This document shows positions 36,218 to 48,327 of a stretch of 64,000 bases of DNA, piece by piece. The position numbers and the translations under genes were made by a program. Where the stretch lies: assembly GCA_964609925.1 (NCBI GenBank), contig CAZSUJ010000009.1, positions 4,290-68,289 on the forward strand, read 5' to 3'. Origin of the DNA: an uncultured Chthoniobacter sp. (lineage in GTDB: Bacteria > Verrucomicrobiota > Verrucomicrobiia > Chthoniobacterales > JACTMZ01). Each line of letters opens with the position of its first letter. Within the stretch, counting starts at the first letter, position 1. The notes below the pieces were generated by a model that was not told the DNA's origin, did no database searches, and saw nothing but the letters and a program-made list of their open reading frames with translations.

Positions 36218-38316
36218 CGTTCGTTCAGCCACAGCCACGACGTGACTCCGCGGGGGTAGTATTTGCTGCCCCGCGCCTCTCCGGCGACCATCTGGTCGCT
36301 CCAAGCGAAGTAGGCGTTGCGCTCGTCGACCAGCCAGGCGCGGTGTGCGGCGTCCGCCTTCGGGTCGGGCCCGAATCGGAAGATCTCGCGGGCCACGTGC
36401 TGGCACAGGTAGATCTTGCTCAGCCAGGAGTTGTCGTTGGTTGAGCTGAGCTTCCATCCGCCATCGGTGAACCGGCAGGTGCCCTTGACGAGGATCTTCC
36501 GCAGGTGGACGGAGAGCGCGTCGCGAAGGAATCCGAACTCCCCGCGGGCGCCGAGGAGCGGGGCGAGGTCCCAAGCGAGCGCGAAGACGAGGCCCTCGAT
36601 GGCGGGGATGATGCGCGAGGTGTTGCCCTCGCCCATGACGGCGGGAATCCAGCCGGCGCGGTCGCGGTTCGAGACGATCGTGCGGGCGCAGAGCATTGCC
36701 TGGTGACCGGCGCGCTTGGCTTCGGCCTTGCGTCCGAGCCGGCTCAGGATCTCGCGGAGGCCCACGTAAGCGGCCCATGTTTTCACCGCGAGGTAGAGGT
36801 TGTTGCGAGCCTGCCCGAGCGAAACGTCGAGGCTGTCGTAGGTGGTGATCTCCGCGCCACCGGCGCAGCGGGACGAGTCGGCGCTCATCACGCCGTCGCG
36901 CTTGCGCGGATCCGGATGGTCGCGGTTGACGAGGCTGGACAGACAGCGGCGGAAGACGCTGCCGTTCGCACGCAGCCATTTCGCATCGCCCGTCTTCAGC
37001 ACGTAGGTCGTGGCGCAGCAGACCCAATTGACCAACTGCTCGTGCGTCATGTGCGAGAAGCAGCCGGTCAGTCCGGCCTTCTCGTAGGACGAATGTCCTG
37101 GGCGGGACACGCAGTTCCCGATGCCCATGTCGTGGGTGAAACTGATGCCGCCGGGGTATTCGCGGGCGTCGCCCGGCAACCGCACCCGGTCGGTGTAGGC
37201 GTAGCGCCGCACGAACCAATCGAGCTGGTTGCGCACGACCCACGGGTTGCGGTCGAGTTCGAAGAAGAGGTGGTCCACCGTGAGGTCGAACGTGTTGAGC
37301 ATCCGGTATTCGCCCTCGTTGGCGCACCAGAACGGCTCGTCCTTGGCGGTGACGAGAAACTCGGTCGCGCCGAGGTAGCTGCGGACGGCGTGGCAGACGT
37401 GGAACCGCTGGTCGTCGCTCAGGTGGGAGCGGTCGATGCGGCGGTCGGCTTCGAGCGCCAGAGCCTTCTGCTCGTCCCAGCGCCCGAGCGCGTAAACGGC
37501 GACCTCCTCGATCGAGCCGAACAGGCGCGTGTAGTAGTAACTGGCCGGGAGGCCGCTGGTCACCGTGCCGTCGCGGTGGAAACACACCGCGAAGCGGTAG
37601 CGGACGAGGCGGCCGGCGGGAACGACGGCCATGAGCACACCAACGCCGCCGAGTCCGAAGGCGAGGTTCTCGGGCAGATCCGGCTCGAGGCATTGGTCGA
37701 GGGTGAAGCCGCAGCCCGAGAAGACGTCCGGGTTGTCGCTCACGATGGCCGTGACGGGGCCTTGGCCGACGCCGGTGAATCGTCCGCGGGAAACGTCGTC
37801 GAGGCGGCGGGTGTTGTAGAATGGACTGGATCCCTCGTAGCCGAAGAACGCCTTGCGCGGGCGACGTCCCTTGCGGTTGTCGATGATTAGCTCGGCGAAG
37901 ACGGCTGGGACGAGTGCGCTCCGCAGGGCGGATGCCGATGCCCGTGCGGGGTCTGGAACCGGTTTGGGCGCGGAGTAGATCGAGAAGGTGAGGTCGCCCG
38001 CAGTCCATGTGTCGCTTCCCAGGGAGAAACGGCGGGTGATCGCCGAGGCGGCAAACGGGCGCACGCGGCCGGGCTTGAGCTTCGCATCGGCCGCAACGTC
38101 GTAGCGCCGCGCCGAGTCCGCGCTGCTGGCGAAGAAGGGAAGCGCCTCGTAGCCGCGGCCGTCGCGCCGCTCGACGCCGATGAAGACGTTCTCGTCGGCT
38201 GGGCCGCCGAGCTCAAGGCCGAGCCCGCCCTTGGGCCCCGGGAAGCCGAGGGTGAAACTCGCGAACGCGCCGACCGGCGAGTGGTGCGCGTTGAAGAGCG
38301 CGGACCGGCCCTTCAT
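36214..38316 (-). CDS. GH52 beta-xylosidase
   Basis: Start ATG 38316. MKGRSALFNAHHSPVGAFASFTLGFPGPKGGLGLELGGPADENVFIGVE...DTWTAGDLTFSIYSAPKPVPDP is near-identical in pattern to the N-terminus of Geobacillus XynB2-type GH52 enzymes, recalled from memory. About 700 aa, the typical GH52 size. Confidence 0.9.
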   Translation of the reverse strand: MKGRSALFNAHHSPVGAFASFTLGFPGPKGGLGLELGGPADENVFIGVERRDGRGYEALPFFASSADSARRYDVAADAKLKPGRVRPFAASAITRRFSLGSDTWTAGDLTFSIYSAPKPVPDPARASASALRSALVPAVFAELIIDNRKGRRPRKAFFGYEGSSPFYNTRRLDDVSRGRFTGVGQGPVTAIVSDNPDVFSGCGFTLDQCLEPDLPENLAFGLGGVGVLMAVVPAGRLVRYRFAVCFHRDGTVTSGLPASYYYTRLFGSIEEVAVYALGRWDEQKALALEADRRIDRSHLSDDQRFHVCHAVRSYLGATEFLVTAKDEPFWCANEGEYRMLNTFDLTVDHLFFELDRNPWVVRNQLDWFVRRYAYTDRVRLPGDAREYPGGISFTHDMGIGNCVSRPGHSSYEKAGLTGCFSHMTHEQLVNWVCCATTYVLKTGDAKWLRANGSVFRRCLSSLVNRDHPDPRKRDGVMSADSSRCAGGAEITTYDSLDVSLGQARNNLYLAVKTWAAYVGLREILSRLGRKAEAKRAGHQAMLCARTIVSNRDRAGWIPAVMGEGNTSRIIPAIEGLVFALAWDLAPLLGARGEFGFLRDALSVHLRKILVKGTCRFTDGGWKLSSTNDNSWLSKIYLCQHVAREIFRFGPDPKADAAHRAWLVDERNAYFAWSDQMVAGEARGSKYYPRGVTSWLWLNER

Positions 38317-38317
38317 C

Positions 38318-40678
38318 TCAGTGCGCCGGACGGTTGGATGCGTTGACGTCCGTCTGCGAGTCGAACCCGCCGTCGGTGTCGGCCGTGCGCAGGAGTTCCA
38401 TGTCGCGTGGCGGGACCGAGGTGCGGTAAGCGTCGGCGAACAGCCCGATGCGCGCCATGGGGATCTGCGGGAAGCCTGAGATCTCATGGAAAACGGCGGC
38501 ATCCGGTTTGAGGGAGAAGTCGAGTTCCGCCGGATTGACGAACATGCCGAGGTCATCGCTTTCCACGTTGCCGGCGAACGACAGTCCCTCGAAATCGCCT
38601 TCCTTGCCGGAGGTGCGCAGCCCCTTCTCGCAACGGACGAAGAGGTTGTCCTCGATGACAATGTTGCTCGGCTTTTGCGTCTCCGTCTCGAGGATGCCGA
38701 CGAGTTCCGGGTAGCGCTCGCTCCATGGCGGCTGGGTGTAGGGGACGGAGTCGAGGTCGCCGCGCAGGCGCTTGTCCGTGATGGTGTAGCCGCGGGCGAT
38801 CCCCCGCGAATCGATGTGCATGGCGCGGGGGCTTTCGACGATCACGTTGTTGACGAAGGTCTGGTAATGACCCCCGCCGATGAATCCGCCGGACTCGGTC
38901 TTGTAGGCCACGTTGCCGACGAAGGTGTCGCCGCAGTCGCCGTCGTCCACATAGAAGGCGTTCGCGTTCATCGAGTGGTGGACGAAGTTGTGGCGGATGA
39001 TGTTCCCCCGCGAGGTCCAGCCGGAATTCGTGTAGAAGCAGCCGAGGTCGCTCGAGCCGAGGCCGACGCGGTAGATTTCGTTGAATTCGAAAACATTGTC
39101 GTTGCCCGCGTAAACGATGCCGCTGTTCATGCAGTCGTGGATGCGGTTGTTGGCGATGAGGACGCCGACCGCCTCGGCGCGCGGGCCGAGGCCGCCGTTG
39201 ATGCCCGGCGCCGGGAAGAACAGTCCGGCGCGGGTCACGAGGTTGTTGACGATGCGGTGGCCTGAGGGGGAAAGCGTGGCGCGGTCCCCGCCGGTGTAGG
39301 CGATGCCCGAGTAACCGGTCTCCGCCGTGTCGCACGAGAGCACCGTGTGGCGCCAACCGCCCTCGAGCACAATGCCGTCACGCGAGACATTGGAAACCCT
39401 GCATCCGGCGATGAGGACATCCTCGCCCCCCGTCACGCGGATGCCGTCGCCCAGTCCGCTGTCCACGGAAAGGCCCTTGAGCGAGACGTGCGAAACGTTG
39501 CGGAGGTGAACGACGGGCTTGGTCACGTCGGTGACAAGCAGTTCGGCGGCGCCTTCCGGCGGCAGGATGTAGAGCGTGTCGTCGGTGAAGCGGACAGCCC
39601 ACTCGCCGGGCGTGCTGATTTCCTCGATGAGGTTGATCGCCTCCCAAGGTTCCTCGCCGGATCCCGGGCCGGGGCCGTTGTTGGGGGCGCGGGTGTATTT
39701 GGAACCGATGCCGCCGCCGATGCGTCCGGCCAGGGTGATCGATCGGTTGCCCGGGTCGATCTGCCCGACGCGGGCGGCCTCGATGACCCAGGGAACGCGC
39801 CAGAACCCGCGCAGCCAGAGGCCATCGGCGACCGCCTGCTGCCAGCGGAGCACGTCGTCCTCGTTGAACACGAACACGCCGTTGGAATCCGGCGTGATGC
39901 CGTTGTCGAGCACCTTGGCCATGCGGGCGAAGCGTCCGGCGTCGGGCCAACGGGAGAGGGGAAGGCGGCGCCCGTCGGTCTGCACCTCGAGGAGTTCGAT
40001 GCCGCGGAAGTTGTCGGGAAACCGGCGTGCCTTCAGCCCCCCCTCCGCCAGCGGGAGGATGCGAACCTGGTCGCGCACTTCCTCGCGGAGGCGTTCCCGG
40101 AGTGCCGGGTCGGTCACGGGGGCGAGTGAAGAGATGGGAACAAGGACGCCGGAAGAGATGCGCACATCCTCGCCGGGTGCCGCCGTGTAGACGATCGGCC
40201 GCTCGGGGGAACCCGAATCCTCCTCGGCCAAGACGAGTCCGTCGCGCACCACGTAGTGCCCGCCGCCGATGACGATACGCACGGGGCGGTCCTTGATCGT
40301 GCGGGCCGCATCGCGGGCCGCTTCGATCGTGCCGAAGGGCTTGGCGGCGGAGCCATCCCCGCCGGACGCGGCGGAGACGGCGACGTGCAGGATGGCCGAG
40401 TTATCGGGAAGGTTTTCCTGCGGTGATGCCGTTACTGGTGCTTGTGCAGGCGTTGCAGTTGCGGCGACAACCGGTGTCTCGGCCGGTGCCGCGGCGGGTG
40501 TCGAGGCAACGGTCTGCGCGGGCGTTTGCGGGGGTGTCTCAGCGGGTGCAGCTTGCGCAGGCGCGGCGGCCGCAGGCTTGGTCGCCGGCGGGGTGGGGGC
40601 GGAGACCTGCCCCAGAATGAAATACAGGCCGCCGCCGACGACAACGAGGGCGATGAGAAGACTGAGCGCGGTCTTCAT
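38318..40678 (-). CDS. Membrane-anchored right-handed beta-helix protein (pectate-lyase fold) with Pro/Ala-rich linker
   Basis: 786 aa. MKTALSLLIALVVVGGGLYFILG is a TM anchor, followed by about 70 aa of P/A/T linker. LHVAVSAASGGDGSAAKPFGTIEAARDAAR is the same entry motif as the giant 21092-27556 core. Beta-helix turns follow (NNRIHDCMNSGIVYAGNDNVFEFNEIYRV...). Confidence 0.85.
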   Translation of the reverse strand: MKTALSLLIALVVVGGGLYFILGQVSAPTPPATKPAAAAPAQAAPAETPPQTPAQTVASTPAAAPAETPVVAATATPAQAPVTASPQENLPDNSAILHVAVSAASGGDGSAAKPFGTIEAARDAARTIKDRPVRIVIGGGHYVVRDGLVLAEEDSGSPERPIVYTAAPGEDVRISSGVLVPISSLAPVTDPALRERLREEVRDQVRILPLAEGGLKARRFPDNFRGIELLEVQTDGRRLPLSRWPDAGRFARMAKVLDNGITPDSNGVFVFNEDDVLRWQQAVADGLWLRGFWRVPWVIEAARVGQIDPGNRSITLAGRIGGGIGSKYTRAPNNGPGPGSGEEPWEAINLIEEISTPGEWAVRFTDDTLYILPPEGAAELLVTDVTKPVVHLRNVSHVSLKGLSVDSGLGDGIRVTGGEDVLIAGCRVSNVSRDGIVLEGGWRHTVLSCDTAETGYSGIAYTGGDRATLSPSGHRIVNNLVTRAGLFFPAPGINGGLGPRAEAVGVLIANNRIHDCMNSGIVYAGNDNVFEFNEIYRVGLGSSDLGCFYTNSGWTSRGNIIRHNFVHHSMNANAFYVDDGDCGDTFVGNVAYKTESGGFIGGGHYQTFVNNVIVESPRAMHIDSRGIARGYTITDKRLRGDLDSVPYTQPPWSERYPELVGILETETQKPSNIVIEDNLFVRCEKGLRTSGKEGDFEGLSFAGNVESDDLGMFVNPAELDFSLKPDAAVFHEISGFPQIPMARIGLFADAYRTSVPPRDMELLRTADTDGGFDSQTDVNASNRPAH

Positions 40679-40683
40679 CTCGA

Positions 40684-41985
40684 TCAGGCGAGAGGCTCGT
40701 TGTTGGCAGTGACGTTGGTGAAACGCTGGCCTTCGACGTCCTCGAGGTGGAGGGCGGGACGTTCGTCCGCCTCGCGGGTCGAGAACTCGCAGTCGCGGAA
40801 GCGGATGTTGCGGGTGTGGCGCAGGAACAAGGCCCAGCTCGGCAGCGGGTGGAAGGCGGGGAATTCCGGATACTCCCCCTCCTGCTCGGGCACCGGGGCG
40901 TCGGAGCGTTTCCCTCCTCCGGGATACACGACGCGGACGTTATCGAACGTCACATCCTCGACGTTGTGGCCGGGGATGCCGGTGACGATGATGCCGGCCT
41001 TCCGCGGGTATTTCCCGTAGAGGAGGAAGCCCTCTTCCCAGACGTTGATGCGGACGTTGCGGATGACCACACCGCGCAGGATGCCGACGGGGCGGTCGGG
41101 TTGGTCGGCGAAATACTTGCGCAACCGCGAGCCGAGCCGGATGAAAATCGGCCCCGAAACGTTGTCCATGATGATGTTGTCTACCAGCACGTTCTCGAGG
41201 CGGCATCCATCCATGCTGATCACCTTGAGCCCTCCACCGTTCGTGTTGTGGATCACGATGTTGCTGAAGATGATGTTGCGGAAATCGCCAGCCGACTCGG
41301 TGCCGAGTTTGAGCGCACCCCAGTCGCTCGAGATGCGGCAACCGGTGACCACGATGTCCTCCGAAGGCGTGGCCCGCGTGGCCTTGATGCAAACGGCGTC
41401 GTCCCCCGTGTCGATGTCGCAGTCGCTGATCCGCACGCGGCGGCAGGAATCCACGTCGATGCCGTCGTTGTTGCTGTTGACCCGGCTGCGGATCGTCACG
41501 CCGTGGATGAGCACGTTCTCGCACCCGAGGTAGTGGCTGACCCAGCCGGGAGAGTTCTGCAGGGTCACGCCGGTCACCTGCACGTCGCGGCAGTCGATGA
41601 AACGCACCATGAACGGCCGTCCATCCTCCTCGAAGCCGTATTCCCCGCCGCTTCCGTCAATGATTCCCTGCCCAGTGATGGCGGTCCCCACGGTATCCTC
41701 GGCGTAGATGAGGCAGCGGTTGCGCTTCTGCCCGACGGCGTCGGTGAAGCCGCCCGCCACCTCCGGGTAATCCTCGATCCGGGGGCTGCCCTTCAGCGTG
41801 CAGCCGTTGTCGAGGTGGAGGGTGACGTTGGAACGGAGGTGGATCGTCCCGATGAGGTAGAGCCCGGCTGGCACGCGGACCGTGCCACCGCCGGCGGCCG
41901 CGGCTGCGTCGATGGCTCTCTGCAGGGCCTTGGTCTGGGGTTGGTCGGTGCTGGGGCGCACGCCGTGTTCGGTGGCGGTGGTCAT
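40684..41985 (-). CDS. GH28 polygalacturonase-like glycoside hydrolase
   Basis: The start is probably ATG 41985 (MTTATEHG...). KALQRAIDAAAAAGGGTVRVPAGLYLIGTIHLRSNVTLHL...NNDGIDVDSCRRVRISDCDIDTGDDAVCIK are GH28 catalytic motifs (NxDGID / GDD). No signal peptide is evident. Confidence 0.9.
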   Translation of the reverse strand: MTTATEHGVRPSTDQPQTKALQRAIDAAAAAGGGTVRVPAGLYLIGTIHLRSNVTLHLDNGCTLKGSPRIEDYPEVAGGFTDAVGQKRNRCLIYAEDTVGTAITGQGIIDGSGGEYGFEEDGRPFMVRFIDCRDVQVTGVTLQNSPGWVSHYLGCENVLIHGVTIRSRVNSNNDGIDVDSCRRVRISDCDIDTGDDAVCIKATRATPSEDIVVTGCRISSDWGALKLGTESAGDFRNIIFSNIVIHNTNGGGLKVISMDGCRLENVLVDNIIMDNVSGPIFIRLGSRLRKYFADQPDRPVGILRGVVIRNVRINVWEEGFLLYGKYPRKAGIIVTGIPGHNVEDVTFDNVRVVYPGGGKRSDAPVPEQEGEYPEFPAFHPLPSWALFLRHTRNIRFRDCEFSTREADERPALHLEDVEGQRFTNVTANNEPLA

Positions 41986-42102
41986 GGTGGGGAGGCTTTG
42001 GAATGTGTGGTCGCCGCGGCGCGGAGACACAGCATGTTCCTAACCCGGGCCGCACCCGCGGGCCAGCGGCGGGTGCGAGTAAGGAGGGAATAATTCTCTA
42101 AG

Positions 42103-42144
42103 TTTGCCGGCATTTGGCCGGGAAAAATTGGCATGTATTTGCCA
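42103..42144. promoter_or_regulatory. Candidate operator/promoter region between the divergent GH28 block and the transporter-xylA-fuc operon
   Basis: This is a locally AT-rich segment. It has repeated half-sites TTTGCC / TTGGC: gTTTGCCggcaTTTGGCCgggaaaaaTTGGCAtgtatTTGCCAc. It includes the inverted repeat TGGCA-N6-TGCCA (42129-42144) and the palindrome TGCCGGCA. Confidence 0.3.
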
Positions 42145-42200
42145 CTGTCGCCCTTGGCTGCAGGTGCCACTTCATTCACCCTCGGCCCCACATCCCCCCT

Positions 42201-44627
42201 ATGACACCGCGCCTGCCTTCCCTTCTTCTCCTCGTTGTTGTCTGCTGCTGCTCCGCCTCCGCGGCGCTGCCGACCCAACCGATGCGGGTGGGAGAACTGC
42301 CCCCTCCGCCCTTCGACCCTTCCGGCGGCTTCGTCGTCTCGTTTCCGGATGCCCTCGTGGCAGCAGGACGCGGGCCCGATGGCGCCATGGTTCTCTGGAC
42401 GAACTCCCCGGATGGCCGGCAGCAATGGCAGCCCGCGGGTGGAACGGTGCCGCGCGATGCCGCGGTGGCACGCCATGGCGGCGTGTGGATTCTCGCCGGC
42501 GGTGTCGAGAACGGCGCGCCAACGGCGGCGGTTCGCACGCTGAGATTCGACGGGGGCGTTCCCGTTCTTGAGCCTCTTCCGGATCTGCCGTCCGTCATCG
42601 CCGGCGCCGCCGCTGCCGTGGTTGGTGAGAAGCTCTATGTTTTCGGCGGAAGCAAGTCGGGCGACATGCTGGCTCCGACGGCCGAGCTTTGGGAACTGGA
42701 CCTCGGCACGCCCGGTGCGACATGGAACGCCGCCCCGCCGCTTCCCGGGGAGGCCCGGGCCTTCGCGGCCTACGCGGGGCATAGCGGCATGCTCTGCATT
42801 TTCGGTGGGACCGACGCCGCGGGCACAGCATTGCGTGACACGTGGGTCTACCGCCCCGTGCCGCTGGAGGGAACAAAGGAGTCCGGCTGGAAGCGCTTGG
42901 GCGATGCGCCTGCACCCTTGGCGCGCGGCGCGGCCCTGCCGCTCGGGCAATCGCAGTTGCTTGTCATGGGTGGCGCGCAACCTCTGCTCTTCCACACCGT
43001 CACCGATGCGTGGTGCGCCTTCGACGCCTTGCCGCGTCTCGCCGGAACGGCGCTCGCGCGGTCGAAGGACGCGGTGGTGGCGCTGGGCACGGGCGAGGGG
43101 GGCGCGCCGGGGGCGGCCGAGCTGTCGACTCCGCGCAGTGTTCGCAACCTCGCGCTGATCGATTACGCGATGATCATCGCCTACTTCGTCGTCATCTTCC
43201 TCATCGGCGTCTATTTCTCGCGCAAGCAGGACACGAGTGCCGAGTTCTCGCTGGGCAACCGGCAGGTCAAATGGTGGGCCGCCGGCATCAGCATGTTCGC
43301 GACCGGGGCCTCGGCCATCAGCTTCATCGCCATCCCCGCGCTTGCTTTCTCGACCAACCTCGTCTGGCTCTTCCCGCTCGTGGCCATGATCCCGGGGTAT
43401 TTCGTCACAGCCTACCTCATCTACCCGATGCTCCGGCGGCTCGAGATCGCCTCGACCTACGAATACCTCGAGCGGCGGTTCAGCCGTGCCCTGCGCGTGA
43501 TCGCGAGCCTCCAGGCCATCATCTTCCAGTCTTTCGTCCGCGCCGCCGTGGTCCTGCTCCTGCCCTCGCTCGCTATCTCGTCGGTCACCGGCATCAACGT
43601 CTACACCAGCGTGCTGATCATGGGCGTGGTCACCACGATCTACACCGCGATCGGCGGATTCGAGGCGGTGATCTGGACCGAGGTGCTGCAGGCCGTGCTC
43701 ATGTTGCTGGCCCCTCTGGCCATCATCTGGGTGTGCATCGCCAGCCTGCCGGGCGGCATGGGCGAGTTCTGGTCCACCGGGCTCGCCTACTCGAAGTTCG
43801 ACTTCGCCGTGCTCTCGTGGGACCCGACCGTTCCGGCCTTGTGGGTTCTCGTGTTGGGAACCTTCCTCACGGCAACCGTCGCCTCGGCGGGCGACCAGCC
43901 GGTCATCCAGCGCGTCTTCTCCGCCCCGCTGCCGGAGGTCCGCAAGGTCAATGCAACGTTCACCATCTGCGGCATCATCATCGGCATCATGACCAATGTG
44001 ATGGGCATCGCGATTTTCGCCTACTTCCGCGCCCACCCCGAGATGCTCGATCCGCTCTCGCAGAACGACCAGATCGTGCCGCTCTTCGTGACCCAAGCCA
44101 TGCCGCTGGCCTTCCCGGGCATCGTCATCGCGGCGATCTTCGCCGCTGCCATGTCCACCGTGGCGAGTTCCATGAACAGCGTGGCCACGATCTTCACCGA
44201 GGATTTCTACGTTAAGCTGCGTCCCCAGTCCTCCGACCGGGAACGCCTGCTCACGCTGAAGATCGGATCCTACGTGGTCGGCGTCATCGGCACGGTGATG
44301 GCACTGCTGCTTGCCGCCCAGGACCTCAAGTCCATGATGGTCGTCTGGAACCAGTTGGTCGCTCTGGTGGGCGGCGGCATCGTCGGCGTGTATTCGCTCG
44401 GCATGTTCAGCAAGCGCGCCAACGGCTTCGGGGCGATCTGCGGGGCGATCGCGAGCATCGTGGTCACGGCGCTGGTGCGGATCTACACTCCGCTGCATTG
44501 GGGCACCTACATCCCGATCGCCATTTTCAGTTGCATCGTCGTCGGCTACCTCGCCAGTCTTTTGCGTCCGCAAACCAAGGACCTGAAGGGCCTGACGGTC
44601 TTCACTCCGTCCGCAGCTTCCGCCTAA
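42201..44627 (+). CDS. Fusion protein: signal peptide + Kelch/beta-propeller (NanM-like mutarotase fold) + sodium:solute symporter (SSS family)
   Basis: ATG 42201 ([21 protein letters not shown]). Kelch-like blades: [35 protein letters not shown]. From about 43149 it is an SSS permease: [58 protein letters not shown]... with many TM segments running to 44627. Confidence 0.85.
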   Translation: MTPRLPSLLLLVVVCCCSASAALPTQPMRVGELPPPPFDPSGGFVVSFPDALVAAGRGPDGAMVLWTNSPDGRQQWQPAGGTVPRDAAVARHGGVWILAGGVENGAPTAAVRTLRFDGGVPVLEPLPDLPSVIAGAAAAVVGEKLYVFGGSKSGDMLAPTAELWELDLGTPGATWNAAPPLPGEARAFAAYAGHSGMLCIFGGTDAAGTALRDTWVYRPVPLEGTKESGWKRLGDAPAPLARGAALPLGQSQLLVMGGAQPLLFHTVTDAWCAFDALPRLAGTALARSKDAVVALGTGEGGAPGAAELSTPRSVRNLALIDYAMIIAYFVVIFLIGVYFSRKQDTSAEFSLGNRQVKWWAAGISMFATGASAISFIAIPALAFSTNLVWLFPLVAMIPGYFVTAYLIYPMLRRLEIASTYEYLERRFSRALRVIASLQAIIFQSFVRAAVVLLLPSLAISSVTGINVYTSVLIMGVVTTIYTAIGGFEAVIWTEVLQAVLMLLAPLAIIWVCIASLPGGMGEFWSTGLAYSKFDFAVLSWDPTVPALWVLVLGTFLTATVASAGDQPVIQRVFSAPLPEVRKVNATFTICGIIIGIMTNVMGIAIFAYFRAHPEMLDPLSQNDQIVPLFVTQAMPLAFPGIVIAAIFAAAMSTVASSMNSVATIFTEDFYVKLRPQSSDRERLLTLKIGSYVVGVIGTVMALLLAAQDLKSMMVVWNQLVALVGGGIVGVYSLGMFSKRANGFGAICGAIASIVVTALVRIYTPLHWGTYIPIAIFSCIVVGYLASLLRPQTKDLKGLTVFTPSAASA

Positions 44628-44640
44628 CCAGTCCAGGATC

Positions 44641-45948
<1,308 letters not shown>

Positions 45949-46040
45949 TGATCCCCCCGCGGTTCTCCGCCATCCAAATCTTCGCGGCTCTCGCTGCCAT
46001 GGGCCGCAGTCGGGCGCTTCGGTGCCCTGCTGTCTGAGTC

Positions 46041-46478
46041 ATGCTCAAAGGAATCCATCCCGCCGTCAGCCCGGAACTCCTCAAGACCTTGGCCGAGATG
46101 GGCCATGGTGACGAAATCATCCTCGCGGATGCGCACTTTCCCGGGCATTCCGTGAATGCGAGAGTTCTCCGAGCCGATGGTTTGTCCATCGCGACTCTGC
46201 TCGACGCCATCCTGCCGCTCTTCGAGTTGGACAGCTACGCACCTCCGCTCGTCATGATGGCTGCGGTCCCGGGGGACACCCTCGACCCCGCTGTCGAGGA
46301 GAGTTACCTGCGCGCCATCCGTCTTCACGTGCCTGACGCGAAGCCGCCGGAGCGCATCGACCGCTTCGATTTCTACGACCGGGCGCGCGCCGCCTTCGCC
46401 GTGGTCATGAGCGGCGAGACCGCCAAATACGGCAACATCCTGCTCAAGAAAGGCGTCACGCCGACCGCAGTTCCCTGA
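46041..46478 (+). CDS. fucU: L-fucose mutarotase (RbsD/FucU family)
   Basis: 145 aa. [35 protein letters not shown]...[11 protein letters not shown] is the FucU pattern. Confidence 0.9.
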   Translation: MLKGIHPAVSPELLKTLAEMGHGDEIILADAHFPGHSVNARVLRADGLSIATLLDAILPLFELDSYAPPLVMMAAVPGDTLDPAVEESYLRAIRLHVPDAKPPERIDRFDFYDRARAAFAVVMSGETAKYGNILLKKGVTPTAVP

Positions 46479-46530
46479 GCGCAGAAGACTTCGCTGAAAC
46501 CGAACACTGAAAACTGAACACTTCCGACCC

Positions 46531-48306
46531 ATGAACCCCGTCCTCACCAACCTCCCCAAAGTCGGCATCCGTCCGACCATCGACGGCCGCCTCGGCGGCG
46601 TCCGCGAGTCGCTTGAAAACCAGACCATGGCCATGGCCCGCGCCACAGCCAAGCTGATCAGCTCGACGCTGCGGCATCCCACCGGCGAGCCCGTCGCGTG
46701 CGTGGTTGCCGACACTTGCATCGGCGGTGTCGCGGAGGCCGCGGCGTGCGCCGAGAAGTTCCGCCGCGAGAACGTCGGTGTCTCGCTCACGGTCACGCCC
46801 TGCTGGTGCTACGGGTCCGAGACCATGGACGCAGACCCGCTCACTCCCAAGGCGATCTGGGGCTTCAACGGCACCGAGCGTCCGGGAGCGGTCTATCTCG
46901 CCGCCGCGCTGGCCGGACACACCCAGAAGGGCCTGCCCGCGTTCGGCATCTACGGGCACGATGTGCAGGACGGCGGGGACAAGGAAATCCCGGACGACGT
47001 GCGGGAGAAGATCCTCCGCTTTGTCCGCGCCGGACTCGCCACCGCGACCATGCGCGGCCGCGCCTACCTCGCCATGGGCGGAACGTCCATGGGCATCGCG
47101 GGTTCGATCGTCAGCCCGGACTTCTTCGAGCACTGGCTCGGCATGCGCAGCGAATCGGTCGACATGACCGAGTTCATCCGGCGCATCGACCGGGGGATTT
47201 ACGACAAAGTCGAGTTCACCAGGGCGCTCGCCTGGGTGAAGACCAACTGCCGCGAGGGCAAGGACTGGAACAGCCCGAAGACGAAGCGCTCCCGCAAACG
47301 TGTGAACGCCGAGTGGGAGACCTCGGTCAAGATGGCCCTCATCGCCCGCGACCTCATGGTCGGCAATCCGAAACTCGCCAAGTTGGGCTTCGGCGAGGAG
47401 GCGCAGGGACACCACGCCATCGCGTCCGGTTTCCAGGGCCAGCGCCAATGGACCGACCACATGCCCAACGGCGATTTCCTCGAGGCCATCCTCAGCACAT
47501 CCTTCGATTGGAACGGCCGCCGCGCTCCCTACATCGTGGCGACGGAGAACGACGCCATGAACGGTGCCGGCATGCTCCTCGGTTACCTGCTCACCAACAC
47601 GGCCCAGGTGTTCGCTGACCTGCGCGCCTATTGGAGCCCGGAAGCCATACGCCGCGTCTCCGGCGAGGCGCCGACCGGCCTGGCCGCCCAGGGGCTTCTG
47701 CACCTCATCAATTCCGGCCCCGCCGCCCTCGACGGGTGCGGCCAGCAAAGCATCAATGGGCAGCCGGCGATGAAGCCGTTCTGGGAGATCACCAACGCCG
47801 AGGTCAAGGCGTGCCTCGCCGCCACGACATGGCATCCCTCGATCACAGAATACTTCCCCGGTGGCGGCTGGAGCACTCGCTACGTCACCCGTGGCGGCAT
47901 GCCGGCCACCATGTTCCGGCTCAACCTCGTGCACGGCCTCGGCCCCGCGTTGCAGATCGCCGAGGGCGAGACGGTCGAGCTTCCGCCGAAGACCCACAAG
48001 CTTCTCGAGGAGCGCACGAACCCGACGTGGCCGACCACTTGGTTCGTCCCGCGGTTGACCGGGCGCGGCCCCTTCTCCGACACCTACTCGGTCATGAACA
48101 ACTGGGGCGCCAACCATTGCGTGATGAGCTACGGCCACATCGGGGCCGACCTCATCAGTCTCGCCAGCATGCTGCGAATCCCGGTCTACATGCACAATGT
48201 GGATCGCGCGCGCGTGTTCCGGCCCAGCGCATGGGCCGCGTTCGGCACCGACGATCTCGAGGGCGCGGACTTCCGTGCCTGCGCGAACTTCGGCCCGCTC
48301 TACTGA
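46531..48306 (+). CDS. fucI: L-fucose isomerase
   Basis: 591 aa, the FucI size. [26 protein letters not shown]...[13 protein letters not shown]...[17 protein letters not shown] are FucI N-terminal motifs. Confidence 0.95.
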   Translation: MNPVLTNLPKVGIRPTIDGRLGGVRESLENQTMAMARATAKLISSTLRHPTGEPVACVVADTCIGGVAEAAACAEKFRRENVGVSLTVTPCWCYGSETMDADPLTPKAIWGFNGTERPGAVYLAAALAGHTQKGLPAFGIYGHDVQDGGDKEIPDDVREKILRFVRAGLATATMRGRAYLAMGGTSMGIAGSIVSPDFFEHWLGMRSESVDMTEFIRRIDRGIYDKVEFTRALAWVKTNCREGKDWNSPKTKRSRKRVNAEWETSVKMALIARDLMVGNPKLAKLGFGEEAQGHHAIASGFQGQRQWTDHMPNGDFLEAILSTSFDWNGRRAPYIVATENDAMNGAGMLLGYLLTNTAQVFADLRAYWSPEAIRRVSGEAPTGLAAQGLLHLINSGPAALDGCGQQSINGQPAMKPFWEITNAEVKACLAATTWHPSITEYFPGGGWSTRYVTRGGMPATMFRLNLVHGLGPALQIAEGETVELPPKTHKLLEERTNPTWPTTWFVPRLTGRGPFSDTYSVMNNWGANHCVMSYGHIGADLISLASMLRIPVYMHNVDRARVFRPSAWAAFGTDDLEGADFRACANFGPLY

Positions 48307-48327
48307 CCCGGTGCCCGGGGCGCCTTT

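Noticed and set aside
42128-42144. A sigma54-like promoter, TTGGCATGTATTTGCC.
   Set aside because: The GG and GC dinucleotides are separated by 9 nt, not the strict 10 nt of the -24/-12 consensus. I read it instead as an inverted repeat/operator.
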